Assembly (NCBI GenBank): GCA_016218825.1
Contig: JACRCV010000056.1
Location: 160,416 to 224,415, forward strand
Direction: 5' to 3'
DNA from: Deltaproteobacteria bacterium
GTDB lineage: Bacteria; Myxococcota; XYA12-FULL-58-9
Length of the DNA: 64,000 nt
Positions 1-8,266 of the stretch are shown piece by piece; positions within the stretch are counted from its first letter, which is position 1, and every line of letters begins with the position of its first letter. The notes below the pieces were generated by a model. It was given only the letters and a program-made list of their open reading frames with translations. It had not been told where the DNA came from and ran no database searches. The position numbers and the translations under genes are program-made.

Positions 1-93
1 TCTCCGCCGGGTCCCTCGAGGAGGTGATGACCGACGACGCCGCCTCCGTGAAGGTCGAGCGCTACGCCAGCCACTGGTGACGCCACCGAGATT

Positions 94-1674
94 CTAGCGC
101 CGGCGGCGACGCATCCAGAGCACGATCGCCAGCACCCCGAGCCCGGTCGTGGACGTGGCCGATCGACAGTGGCAACCACCGCCGTCTTTCGCCGGCTGAT
201 CGCCGTCGCCGCCGCTCACAACGCCGAGCGCCAGCCGCAACGCCGCCACCGGATCGACGATGCCGTAGCCGTAGAGCGGATCGTGGCCGTTGGCGTCGGG
301 GGTGGCGCGCGGCGCCCGGCGCGCGCTGTCGATGAGGAGCGCGTAGAGCTCCGCCGCGGTCTTGTCGGGCGCGGCGCTCACCAAGAGCCCGGCGATCCCG
401 GCCGCCACCGGACACGCCGACGAGGTGCCGCCGAAGTTGGCGGTGTAGTCGCCGAAGTCCGCGCCCTCGCTCCCGGAGACGTCGGTGGTCACGGTGCCGG
501 CGGGGGCGGCGAGATCCACCGGGCTGCCGAAGTTGGTGAACTGGGTGGCCTCGTCGTAGACGTTGACGGCGCTGATGCACAACACGCCGCGCACCGCCTC
601 GAGCTCGTTGGTTCCGAGCTCGCGGCCGTCGTTGCCGGCGGCGAACACCACCAAGGCGCCCCGGCCTCCCCGGCCGCTGTCGAACACGGCGTTGATCGCG
701 TCGGCGAGCGGCTGCGGCACCGGGGTCGGGTCGACGAAGCCCCACGAGTTGCTGACGACGTCGGCGTCGACCTCGAGCGCGAACTGAAAGGCGTCGACGT
801 CGGCGGAGACCGGCACGGCCTCAGCGTCGGCGCCGAGCATCCGCACGCAGCGCAGCCGGCACTCCGGACATCCCCCGGCGATGCCGACGCCGTTGTTGGT
901 CACCGCGCCGACGAGCCCGGAGCAGGCGGTGCCGTGCTCGTTGCCCGGCTCTCCCGGGACGTAGCTCGGGTCGTCGTCGGGGGTGACGACGTCACGCCCC
1001 TGATCCATCTTCGCCGCCAGGTCGGGGTGCTGCAGATCACAGCCGTTGTCGACCACCACCACGGTCGTATCGGGGCTGCCTTGGGACAGCGCCCAGGCGT
1101 CCACCATCTTCAGCCGGTTGAAGTAGGACTGGCCGGAGAACAGCGGGTCGTTCGGCGCGGCGCGCAAGCGGTGCGCCAGATAGAGGTCGGGGATCGCCTG
1201 GCGCAGCGTGCCCTCGCCGGAAAGCCCGACCGCGAGGTCGGTCGCGAGCGCCAGTCCGTCGCGCGCGCCGCCGGCGTCCTCGACCAGCCACAGGCCGATG
1301 CGCGGCATCAGCGCCCGGATCGCGACCAGCCCGAACGAACGGAGCACCGCCTGCGGCTCTTCGAGCTCCGGATCGATCTGAACGATCGCACGCCGGCCGA
1401 CGCCCGCGACGCTCGTTTGCCCATCGGCATAGGTCAGACGAACCGCCGCGAGGTCGGGGCGCGAAGCGATCGCGCGACCGAGACGCACCGCGGTCACCGG
1501 CTTGCCGCCGTTCAAGAATGTCCGCGCCGCAGGTTCCGAGGGCAGGCCCGAGGCGCTCGGCGACACCGGCACGCCGCCCACCTCGCCGGCGACCGCCGCC
1601 GAGCTGCAGAGCCCGCAAGCGAGGGCAACCATCGCCAGACTCGTCCAAAAGCGCGCACGCCAGCAACGCATCAT
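94..1674 (-). CDS. Secreted subtilisin-like serine protease (peptidase S8) with MYXO-CTERM-like C-terminal sorting tail
   Basis: Translation has the S8 catalytic triad motifs in order (VVVDNGCD ... HGTACSG ... GTSSACPVAAG). It has an N-terminal signal peptide (MMRCW..LAMVALACGLCSS). The C-terminus is GGGCHC followed by a hydrophobic stretch and RRRRR. Start ATG at 1674 (the track ORF extends upstream in GC-rich sequence). Confidence 0.85.
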   Translation of the reverse strand: MMRCWRARFWTSLAMVALACGLCSSAAVAGEVGGVPVSPSASGLPSEPAARTFLNGGKPVTAVRLGRAIASRPDLAAVRLTYADGQTSVAGVGRRAIVQIDPELEEPQAVLRSFGLVAIRALMPRIGLWLVEDAGGARDGLALATDLAVGLSGEGTLRQAIPDLYLAHRLRAAPNDPLFSGQSYFNRLKMVDAWALSQGSPDTTVVVVDNGCDLQHPDLAAKMDQGRDVVTPDDDPSYVPGEPGNEHGTACSGLVGAVTNNGVGIAGGCPECRLRCVRMLGADAEAVPVSADVDAFQFALEVDADVVSNSWGFVDPTPVPQPLADAINAVFDSGRGGRGALVVFAAGNDGRELGTNELEAVRGVLCISAVNVYDEATQFTNFGSPVDLAAPAGTVTTDVSGSEGADFGDYTANFGGTSSACPVAAGIAGLLVSAAPDKTAAELYALLIDSARRAPRATPDANGHDPLYGYGIVDPVAALRLALGVVSGGDGDQPAKDGGGCHCRSATSTTGLGVLAIVLWMRRRRR

Positions 1675-1810
1675 CGACCTCCTCGATTGTCGCGCCACGC
1701 TACGGCATCTGCCCCGCCGACGGTAGCGTTGTGCGATCAGAAACGGTATGGTACCGCGCCTTGCCGGTGGCCGCGACCGTGCGTGCCAGGGCGGACGCAA
1801 AGGAATCCTC

Positions 1811-2623
1811 ATGAGCCTGTCTTCGCTGCGATCTCATCGTCTTGGGTTGTCGGCCGCCGCGGTGCTGTTGGCGCTCGGCCTCAACGCCGGCTGCGGCTCC
1901 GACGACGCGGGCGACCCCAACCCGCTGCCGTCCGGGAACCTCTGCGATACCCCGGTCGTCAGCCCCTGCATGGACCAGGCGATCACCCAGGCAGGTCTCA
2001 AGGGCACGGTGGCGAAAGGCCTCATCACCAACGCCAGCGAGGGCAACGGCGTCTGGGCGTCGGAGATCGACGCCACCGCCGGCGGGCTCACGCCGACCGA
2101 GAGCTACGTCTACGCCGCGTTTGGCGACGCCGGGCTCGTGAAGCTCAACCTCGACGACGAGAGCGCCTTCAACGACATGGTCTGGGACGTGGCGTTTCGC
2201 CGTTTCGTCATCCGGATCAACAGCGGCGACTCCGGCCCCTCCTGCGACGTCGCCGCCGTCCTCGGCAGCAACGTTCGCTTCGACAGCGTCACCCTGGTAC
2301 CGACCAGCCTCACCTACTACTCCGACGACTTCATGTCGGACCCGCCGGCCTGCACGATGAACACCGACGCCTCCGGCATGAACTCGCCGGCCGTGTTCAT
2401 GGGCGGCTTCTGGCACCACGTCAACAACGCCTACGGCGGCTGTCTGCAGATGACCGACCAGGTCTACATCCTCCAGGTGCGCAGCGGCCGCCACGTGAGG
2501 TTTACGGTCACGCACTACTACAACGCCACGCCGCAAGAGGCCTGCGACACCGACCCGGCGAGCTTCAACGCCATGGGGCAAGGCTCGGGCCACGTCGGCG
2601 TGCGCTGGGCCTTCCTCGACTGA
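1811..2623 (+). CDS. Secreted lipoprotein of unknown function
   Basis: ATG at 1811 preceded by an AGGAA ribosome-binding site. Lipoprotein-type signal peptide (LGLSAAAVLLALGLNAGCGSD). Cys-rich mature part with no motif I recognise. Lies 8 bp upstream of the metalloprotease gene, so the two are probably co-transcribed. Confidence 0.55.
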   Translation: MSLSSLRSHRLGLSAAAVLLALGLNAGCGSDDAGDPNPLPSGNLCDTPVVSPCMDQAITQAGLKGTVAKGLITNASEGNGVWASEIDATAGGLTPTESYVYAAFGDAGLVKLNLDDESAFNDMVWDVAFRRFVIRINSGDSGPSCDVAAVLGSNVRFDSVTLVPTSLTYYSDDFMSDPPACTMNTDASGMNSPAVFMGGFWHHVNNAYGGCLQMTDQVYILQVRSGRHVRFTVTHYYNATPQEACDTDPASFNAMGQGSGHVGVRWAFLD

Positions 2624-2631
2624 GCGCCGCG

Positions 2632-4137
2632 ATGCGCCGGCTCACGATTCCATGGTCGGGGGTGTTGGCCGCGGTCGGCCTCGGCCTCACCGCCTGCGGT
2701 GCGCTGCCGGCAGACGGGCTCGATGGCCCGGTCTTGGCGACCGAGGCCCTCAGGCCCGACAACCCGGCGCGCGAGTCGTTCGGTTTCGACCCCGGCGACA
2801 CGGTCGAGATCCTGGACTCGCCGGGTGGCGATTTCCGGGTTCATTACGCCCGCGCCGGGCGGTGCGCGGTACCGGACACCGACCTGGACGGCAACCTGAT
2901 GCCGGACTACGTCGAAGACACCGCGGCGGTCTACGACGACGTCTTGACCTTCTACCGCGACGCCCTCGGCTTTCGGGCGCCGCTCGCCGACGACGGCATC
3001 GGCGACAACGGCGGCGACGGCCGCTTCGACGTCTATCTGGTGGACTTCGGCGGCAACTCCGACGGCATGCTCGGGGTCGACGGCTGCCTGAACGCCAACC
3101 CGGATCAGTGCGTCGGCTACATGCTGCAGGAGAACGACTTCGCCCGCTCGCAAGACTACCGCTATTCGTCGCTCCACGTCGCGACCCAGATCCTCGCCAG
3201 CCACGAGTTCTTCCACGCGGTCCAGAACGCCTACGACGGCTATCAGGGCTCGATCTTGAGCGAAGGCACGGCCACCTGGGCGTCCGAAGCCTACAACGCA
3301 GCGCTGCCGGATTTCGAGAAAGCGATCCAGGCGTACATGGACAACCCCGACCAGCCGATCGACACGCCGATGCCGGGCATGTCGTTCAATTACAGCACCG
3401 CGATCTTCTTCGAGTTCCTCGCCGAGCGGCTCGGACAAGACGCAGTCCGCAAGATCTATGAGGCGTCCGAGAACGGCGCCAACGGTGTGAGCGATCCGAG
3501 CTGGTTCGCGGCACTGCCCGACGTCATCTCGAGCTACGGCCAAGGCGCCTTCGACCGGATCTTCGTGGACTTCGCCACCTGGAACTTGTTCACCGGCAAC
3601 CGCGGCGACCCGGCCCAGAGCTACGCCCTGGGGCGCAGCTACCCGCGGGTGCGCCTCGACGTCGTCAGCCCGCCCTATGTCGATGCGTTGGTACGGATAC
3701 CCCACGCCGCCACCAAGTACTTCAGCGTCGTGCCGTCGGGCCGGACCGAGATGACCGCGGCGCTCGTCGGCCCCCCCGAAGAGCTCGCCGATCTCCACCT
3801 GCGCCTCACCGTGGAGCGTGGCCCGGCCTTCGAAACGCCGCTCGCCGTCCAAGATCTCCAGGCCGGCACCGAGGTCGTGAGCACCGACCTCGCCCGGACC
3901 TTCATCGTCTTCCTCGTCAACACCTCGACCGGCGGCACGAGCCGGCGCCCCGGGTTGTGCATCGGCACGCCCGCCGAGGTCACGGCGTGCAAGGCACAGC
4001 TCAACCCGACGCCGCCGCCACCACCTACGGAAGAAGATCCGGGCGGCTGCCTGAGCGCCACACCGACCGGGCCGCTCGCCGTCGTGTCCTCTGTCGCCCT
4101 GTTGTGGCGGCGACGCCGCGGCCGGCGTCAGTCGTAG
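2632..4137 (+). CDS. Secreted HExxH zinc metalloprotease with MYXO-CTERM-like tail
   Basis: Signal peptide plus lipobox (LGLTACG). HEFFH zinc-binding motif (LASHEFFHAVQ). C-terminal GGC, hydrophobic segment, then RRRRGRRQS. This is the C-terminal part of the artefactual 169..4137 long ORF; the real start is the ATG at 2632. Confidence 0.7.
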   Translation: MRRLTIPWSGVLAAVGLGLTACGALPADGLDGPVLATEALRPDNPARESFGFDPGDTVEILDSPGGDFRVHYARAGRCAVPDTDLDGNLMPDYVEDTAAVYDDVLTFYRDALGFRAPLADDGIGDNGGDGRFDVYLVDFGGNSDGMLGVDGCLNANPDQCVGYMLQENDFARSQDYRYSSLHVATQILASHEFFHAVQNAYDGYQGSILSEGTATWASEAYNAALPDFEKAIQAYMDNPDQPIDTPMPGMSFNYSTAIFFEFLAERLGQDAVRKIYEASENGANGVSDPSWFAALPDVISSYGQGAFDRIFVDFATWNLFTGNRGDPAQSYALGRSYPRVRLDVVSPPYVDALVRIPHAATKYFSVVPSGRTEMTAALVGPPEELADLHLRLTVERGPAFETPLAVQDLQAGTEVVSTDLARTFIVFLVNTSTGGTSRRPGLCIGTPAEVTACKAQLNPTPPPPPTEEDPGGCLSATPTGPLAVVSSVALLWRRRRGRRQS

Positions 4138-5639
4138 CTGCCGAGCACCCACCACCGCGCCTTGTCGGGCGCGCCCGCCAAGCGTAGCCGCAGACCGCCC
4201 TGCAGCTCGACGTCGTAGAGATCGCAAGCCGGACCCGCGACCTCGGGCGGTTGCCACCACTCCTCGCCACGCCGAAACGGGCCGCGACAGGCGGTGATCG
4301 AACCGCGAAAGCTGCGACTCGCGATCGCCGCCGGCAACGCGCCCTGAACCAGCACCTCGACCTCGCAGGGCGGGCGGAGGCGCCGCAAGCTCGTCACCGG
4401 CGGGGTCACTTCGCCCCGAGGTGTTGGCGCCCGCGTCGAGGTCGCGACCGGCGTCAAGGTGAAGCGATCGTCGCCATAGGTGTCGAGCAGGCGCGGCGCA
4501 CCGATGCGCTCCGGGCCGCACAGCGCCTGCAGCCGGGCCACGGTGAGCGCGAGCTTGTCGGGCGCCGGGCGCGGGGCGGAGAACAACGCCAGCTGCACCG
4601 GCTGCAAGGACGCCGGCGTCGCGACGACGGCCACCTGGATCACGGGCGCCGGCAGCGGTGCCTCGCTGAGGTGCAGCCGGCAAAGGGCCAAGAGCGCCGG
4701 GCGCTCGCGGCTCGGCGCGCTCACCCGGACCAGACGCTCGAAGCGCTCGCCGCCGTCGGCGACGAAGGAGAGGCGGAGGTCGCCGCAGAGATAGCCGCGC
4801 GCCGCCAGCTGCACCAAGAGCCGACCGAGCAGCTCGTCGAGCACGGCGAGCAAGGGCTCGAGGTTGTCGAGCGCGTAGTCGAGGCTGAGGTCGGCGCCAA
4901 TGACGACCGGGGTCGCGGCCGGCTGCAGACCACCCCCCTCCTCCTCGCCGCGCGCGCGGCGCAAGAGCGAAAGCCCCGAAGGTCCGAGCTTGTCGCCCAC
5001 CCGTGCTGCCGGCAGCGCCAAGAGATCGGCGACCGTCGTCAAGCCGAAGCGCCGCAGGCGCAGCGCGAGGGCGGGCTCGGGTCGCAACGCCGCGAGGGGC
5101 AACCCGGCGACGAAGGCCTGCTCGGCCGCCGTCGTCTCGGCGACGATGCAAGTGTCCGCCGCGACATCGGCCGCGAGCCGCGCCAAGGTCTTGGTGCGGG
5201 CCACGCCGACGGTGACGACAAGTCCCGCGTGCCGCGCCTCGCAAAGCAGCAGCCGCGCCACCTCCGCCGGCGGGCCGACGAGACGATCGAGGCCGGCGAC
5301 GTCGGCGAACAGCCAGTGTTCATCGCCGGCGGTCTCGCGCTCGATCCGGGAGGAGTAGTGTTGCATCAGTGTCAGCAGCACCTCGGCGGCAGCCGCCTCC
5401 AAGACCGGATCGCGGGGGATGACGGTCAGCGCCGGGACGACGGCGCGCGCCTGGGCCACGGTGATCGGGGGACGGATCCCGAGGCGCGCGGCGGCCGGCG
5501 ACGCCGCCCAGATCCGATCACCGCCGCCGGTGAGGACGGCGCCGACGATCGCCAGCACCTCGTCGCGCCGCGTCGGCGCGGTGCGCCAAAGCGCCTGGAG
5601 CGAGAAGGTCGGGGCGCGCAGGGCAGCGACGCGCGTCAT
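4128..5639 (-). CDS. imuB: ImuB, inactive Y-family polymerase-like subunit of the error-prone ImuA-ImuB-DnaE2 mutasome
   Basis: The protein begins MTRVAALRAPTFSLQALW. The central LPLAALRPEPALALRLRRFGLTTVADLLALP block and overall layout match ImuB proteins (Y-family fold). Start ATG at 5639, 8 bp after the imuA stop. Confidence 0.8.
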   Translation of the reverse strand: MTRVAALRAPTFSLQALWRTAPTRRDEVLAIVGAVLTGGGDRIWAASPAAARLGIRPPITVAQARAVVPALTVIPRDPVLEAAAAEVLLTLMQHYSSRIERETAGDEHWLFADVAGLDRLVGPPAEVARLLLCEARHAGLVVTVGVARTKTLARLAADVAADTCIVAETTAAEQAFVAGLPLAALRPEPALALRLRRFGLTTVADLLALPAARVGDKLGPSGLSLLRRARGEEEGGGLQPAATPVVIGADLSLDYALDNLEPLLAVLDELLGRLLVQLAARGYLCGDLRLSFVADGGERFERLVRVSAPSRERPALLALCRLHLSEAPLPAPVIQVAVVATPASLQPVQLALFSAPRPAPDKLALTVARLQALCGPERIGAPRLLDTYGDDRFTLTPVATSTRAPTPRGEVTPPVTSLRRLRPPCEVEVLVQGALPAAIASRSFRGSITACRGPFRRGEEWWQPPEVAGPACDLYDVELQGGLRLRLAGAPDKARWWVLGSYD

Positions 5640-5647
5640 GCGCCGCC

Positions 5648-6304
5648 TCAATCGACCGCCGCCGCCAGCGGCAAGAGCACCTCCGCCCCCGGCGTGCCGT
5701 GCCATTGGCGCGTCACCCGCACCCGCAGCCGCGCCACCTCCGGCGCCCAGGCGCACTCGAGGCGCAGCGCCGCCATGGCCCCGGCGCGCGCGTCCCCCGA
5801 CAAGAGCAGCAACACCGTGCGGCTGCGCTCGAGGCGATGCTTGAGCCGCACCCAGGTGCCGAGGTGACAAAGCGGGGCGCGGCGGCCGCCCTCCGCGACG
5901 TCGAGCGCCAACGCCGCGAAGCCGCCCGCCGCCACCACCTGGCCGGTCGCCGCCAGCGCCTGCGCCACGGCGTCAGCGCCGCGCGGCCGGATCCAGAGCA
6001 ACTGTTCGAGCACGACCCCGGAGGCTTGGGCGCTCAACGGGTCCAAGGTGTCGAAGGGATCGATCCAGGCGACGAGGGCGCCGGCCGCGGTCACGGCCGC
6101 CATCGCCCCCAGCGCCAACGACGTCCGGCCGCTGCTCGCCCGCCCGACGATCTCGGTGATCGCGCCGCACGGGAGCCCTCCCTGGAGCAGCGCGTCGAGG
6201 GGCCGCTGACCGGTGCTGAGCCTCTCGGCACGCAGCGCCGGCGCCGGGCGCAGCGCCGGGTGGGCTTTGAGCCACGCCAAGATCGAAGGAGAAGAAACTG
6301 CCAT
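5648..6304 (-). CDS. imuA: ImuA, RecA/SulA-fold SOS mutagenesis protein
   Basis: 218-aa protein with LSTGQRPLDALLQGGLPCGAITEIVG P-loop-like region typical of ImuA. Immediately upstream of imuB. A LexA-box-like palindrome sits 12 bp upstream. Confidence 0.75.
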   Translation of the reverse strand: MAVSSPSILAWLKAHPALRPAPALRAERLSTGQRPLDALLQGGLPCGAITEIVGRASSGRTSLALGAMAAVTAAGALVAWIDPFDTLDPLSAQASGVVLEQLLWIRPRGADAVAQALAATGQVVAAGGFAALALDVAEGGRRAPLCHLGTWVRLKHRLERSRTVLLLLSGDARAGAMAALRLECAWAPEVARLRVRVTRQWHGTPGAEVLLPLAAAVD

Positions 6305-6315
6305 GGCACGCCAAC

Positions 6316-6332
6316 CCTGAACACCCGTACAG
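6316..6332 (-). promoter_or_regulatory. Putative LexA (SOS) box upstream of imuA
   Basis: On the gene strand it reads CTGTACGGGTGTTCAGG, a CTGT-N8-nCAG palindrome. It matches 16 of 17 positions of the Myxococcus xanthus LexA box consensus CTRHAMRYBYGTTCAGS as I recall it. It lies 12 bp upstream of the imuA ATG. Confidence 0.55.
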
Positions 6333-6372
6333 TATCAAGGGCGCCGCCCGTTGCCAAGGCCCAAGGGCGCGG

Positions 6373-6930
6373 CTATTCGCCCACGTGCTCGATGCTGAGA
6401 CACGCCGCCTCGCCGTCTCGGAGGGTCACCACGAAGAGATCGCCATACTGCTGGTCCTCGATGCTGACCGACGTGCCGACGCCCAGGACCGCGAGGATCT
6501 CGGGGATGGTGTTCGAGTGCCCGACCACCAGCACCTGAGCGCCCCGGTGACGCTCTCGCAGGATCTGCACCAGACGGGTCGAGTCCGTCGCCGGCAGCTC
6601 TTGCGGCGTGAGCCCGAGCCGGGACGCCAGCGGCGCCGCGGTCTCTCCGGTGCGCTGGTACTGGGTCACGTAGATCGCTGCGAGGCCCACGGACGCCAGG
6701 CGCTCCTCGAGTGCCCGGGCCCGCGCCCGGCCCTTTGCCGACAGCGGCGGATCGTCGTCCCCGTCTCGCACCCGCGCCTTCTCCGCGTGCCGCACCAGGT
6801 AGACGACGCTGACGCCGCCGGCCTTGCGGCGCGACGCCACCTCGCGGCGCTCGTTCTGCGCCGGCGCGCTGCAGCCGATCGCGCACAGCAGCAGCAACAA
6901 CAACGACACGGCGTGCGCCCTACGCGACAT
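6373..6930 (-). CDS. Histidine phosphatase family protein (SixA/phosphoglycerate-mutase-like), lipoprotein signal peptide
   Basis: RHAEK catalytic motif (VYLVRHAEK) and the second His (VVGHSNTIPE). N-terminal MSRRAHAVSLLLLLLCAIGCSA signal. Start ATG at 6930 overlaps the end of the upstream exonuclease gene by 11 bp. Confidence 0.75.
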   Translation of the reverse strand: MSRRAHAVSLLLLLLCAIGCSAPAQNERREVASRRKAGGVSVVYLVRHAEKARVRDGDDDPPLSAKGRARARALEERLASVGLAAIYVTQYQRTGETAAPLASRLGLTPQELPATDSTRLVQILRERHRGAQVLVVGHSNTIPEILAVLGVGTSVSIEDQQYGDLFVVTLRDGEAACLSIEHVGE

Positions 6931-8257
6931 CGTGTCGCTCCCGTTGGCGCGCGCGGCGGCGCTGCAGGCGCTCGAGCCGGCGGGTCCGCTTCGCCGCGCC
7001 CTCGGCCGCGAGGGTGTGCTCGGCATGTGAGACGGCGCGGTCGAGATCGCCGAGCCGATGCTCGTAGAGCTTGGCGAGCCCGAGATGGATCGACGCCGCC
7101 GCCGTCCCGTCGGGGGCGGCGTAGGTCAAGGCGCGGTGCAGCGCGTCGGCCGCCGCTTGATAGGCGTGACCGCGCACCTCGAGCACCGCCACCAGCCGCA
7201 ACGCCGACACCGCGATCTCCGCTCGGCCCGCGAGCGCCACCTCGGCGAAGCGCCGGGCACGCGCGCCGTCATCGTTGCGCAACGCCAGCCGCGCGAAGCC
7301 CAGGGCCTCGTGAGGCGCGATGCGCTCGTTCACCCCGGCAAAGCCGGTCGCGAGCCGGTTCAAGAGCGCCGGCAGCGCCAGGATGTCCTGGACGTTGTGC
7401 TCCAACACCGGCTGCAACAGGCCGCCGTCGCCGGTCTTCAGGAAGCGCCAATAGAGCGGCGGGATCGAGGCGCCGTCGATGTCGTCGGCGCGCGACAGCC
7501 CCAGGACCTCCTCCTCGACGCTCTTCAGCCGCAGGCTCAAGAGGTGGCGGCGATAGACGCGCCGGACGGTGTGCAGCAGATCCAGGTGCGCGGGCCTGGG
7601 CGCCGCGAGGCGGTTCATGATGAAGCGGGTGCGCAACAGCGGCCAGTCGAAGCTCTTGCCGTTGAAGCTGACGATCGCCGAGGCCGCGGCGAGGCGCGCC
7701 GCCAGCCGACAGAGGAGCGGCCCCTCGTCACTGAGGCGGGAGAGGAGGAGCTGCTCCACCACGAAGGCGCCGCCTTCGAACCATCCGAGCCCGACGAGAA
7801 ACGCCAGGGTCCCGGTGCCGCCGGCGAGCCCCGTGGTCTCGGTGTCGAGGTAGAGGAAGCGCTGCGGATCGAGCGCCGCCAACGCCGGATCCAGCGCCAG
7901 CGCCGCGACCAGCGGCCCATCGCCGACGCCACCCACGGCGATCTCCTGCCGCCCGTGCCGGTGGCTCGCCGGGAACGCGTGCCGCACCACCTGCACCGCG
8001 CCTTCGGCTTCGAGCTCGAGCGCCCCGGGGAGGTCGTGGAGCTCGGCGGCCCGCGCCGGCCGATAGGTCCGGGTCTCGCGCGCCACGCCCTTCGCGGTCA
8101 TCTCGGCGAGACGGGCCTTGAGGCGGCCGAGGCGCTCCGCCTGCGACAACGGCGCCAGCGTCTCCGCGACGCAGGCCGTGGCATCCCCCGGCGCCGCGGC
8201 GCCGGGACTAGCGGGACCCGGCGGGCCGAGGCGCGCGAGCTTCTGCCGCAAGTCCAT
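6920..8257 (-). CDS. YprB/MrfB-like RNase-H-fold 3'-5' exonuclease with TPR-like C-terminal region
   Basis: DEDD-type exonuclease motif I (FLYLDTETTGLAGGTGTLAFLVGLGW). Has the same two-domain layout (exonuclease domain plus TPR-like tail) I recall for Bacillus MrfB/YprB. Positioned 9 bp downstream of the DUF1998 helicase gene. Confidence 0.75.
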   Translation of the reverse strand: MDLRQKLARLGPPGPASPGAAAPGDATACVAETLAPLSQAERLGRLKARLAEMTAKGVARETRTYRPARAAELHDLPGALELEAEGAVQVVRHAFPASHRHGRQEIAVGGVGDGPLVAALALDPALAALDPQRFLYLDTETTGLAGGTGTLAFLVGLGWFEGGAFVVEQLLLSRLSDEGPLLCRLAARLAAASAIVSFNGKSFDWPLLRTRFIMNRLAAPRPAHLDLLHTVRRVYRRHLLSLRLKSVEEEVLGLSRADDIDGASIPPLYWRFLKTGDGGLLQPVLEHNVQDILALPALLNRLATGFAGVNERIAPHEALGFARLALRNDDGARARRFAEVALAGRAEIAVSALRLVAVLEVRGHAYQAAADALHRALTYAAPDGTAAASIHLGLAKLYEHRLGDLDRAVSHAEHTLAAEGAAKRTRRLERLQRRRARQRERHDVA

Positions 8258-8266
8258 GCGCCTACC

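Noticed and set aside
169-4137. 1322-aa plus-strand ORF spanning the protease, lipoprotein and metalloprotease region
   Set aside because: It runs antisense through the S8 protease gene and has no protein-like character until about 2632, where the real metalloprotease begins. It is a GC-driven open frame.
4128-4137. dnaE2 expected downstream of imuB
   Set aside because: imuB ends convergently, overlapping the metalloprotease gene by 10 bp. No approximately 1000-aa polymerase ORF is present, so the error-prone polymerase gene is not in this window.
2518-5244. 908-aa minus-strand ORF
   Set aside because: It lies antisense to the well-supported metalloprotease gene and out of frame within the imuB region, and is Arg/Gly/Ala-rich with no motifs. 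The frame carrying ImuB is the coding one.
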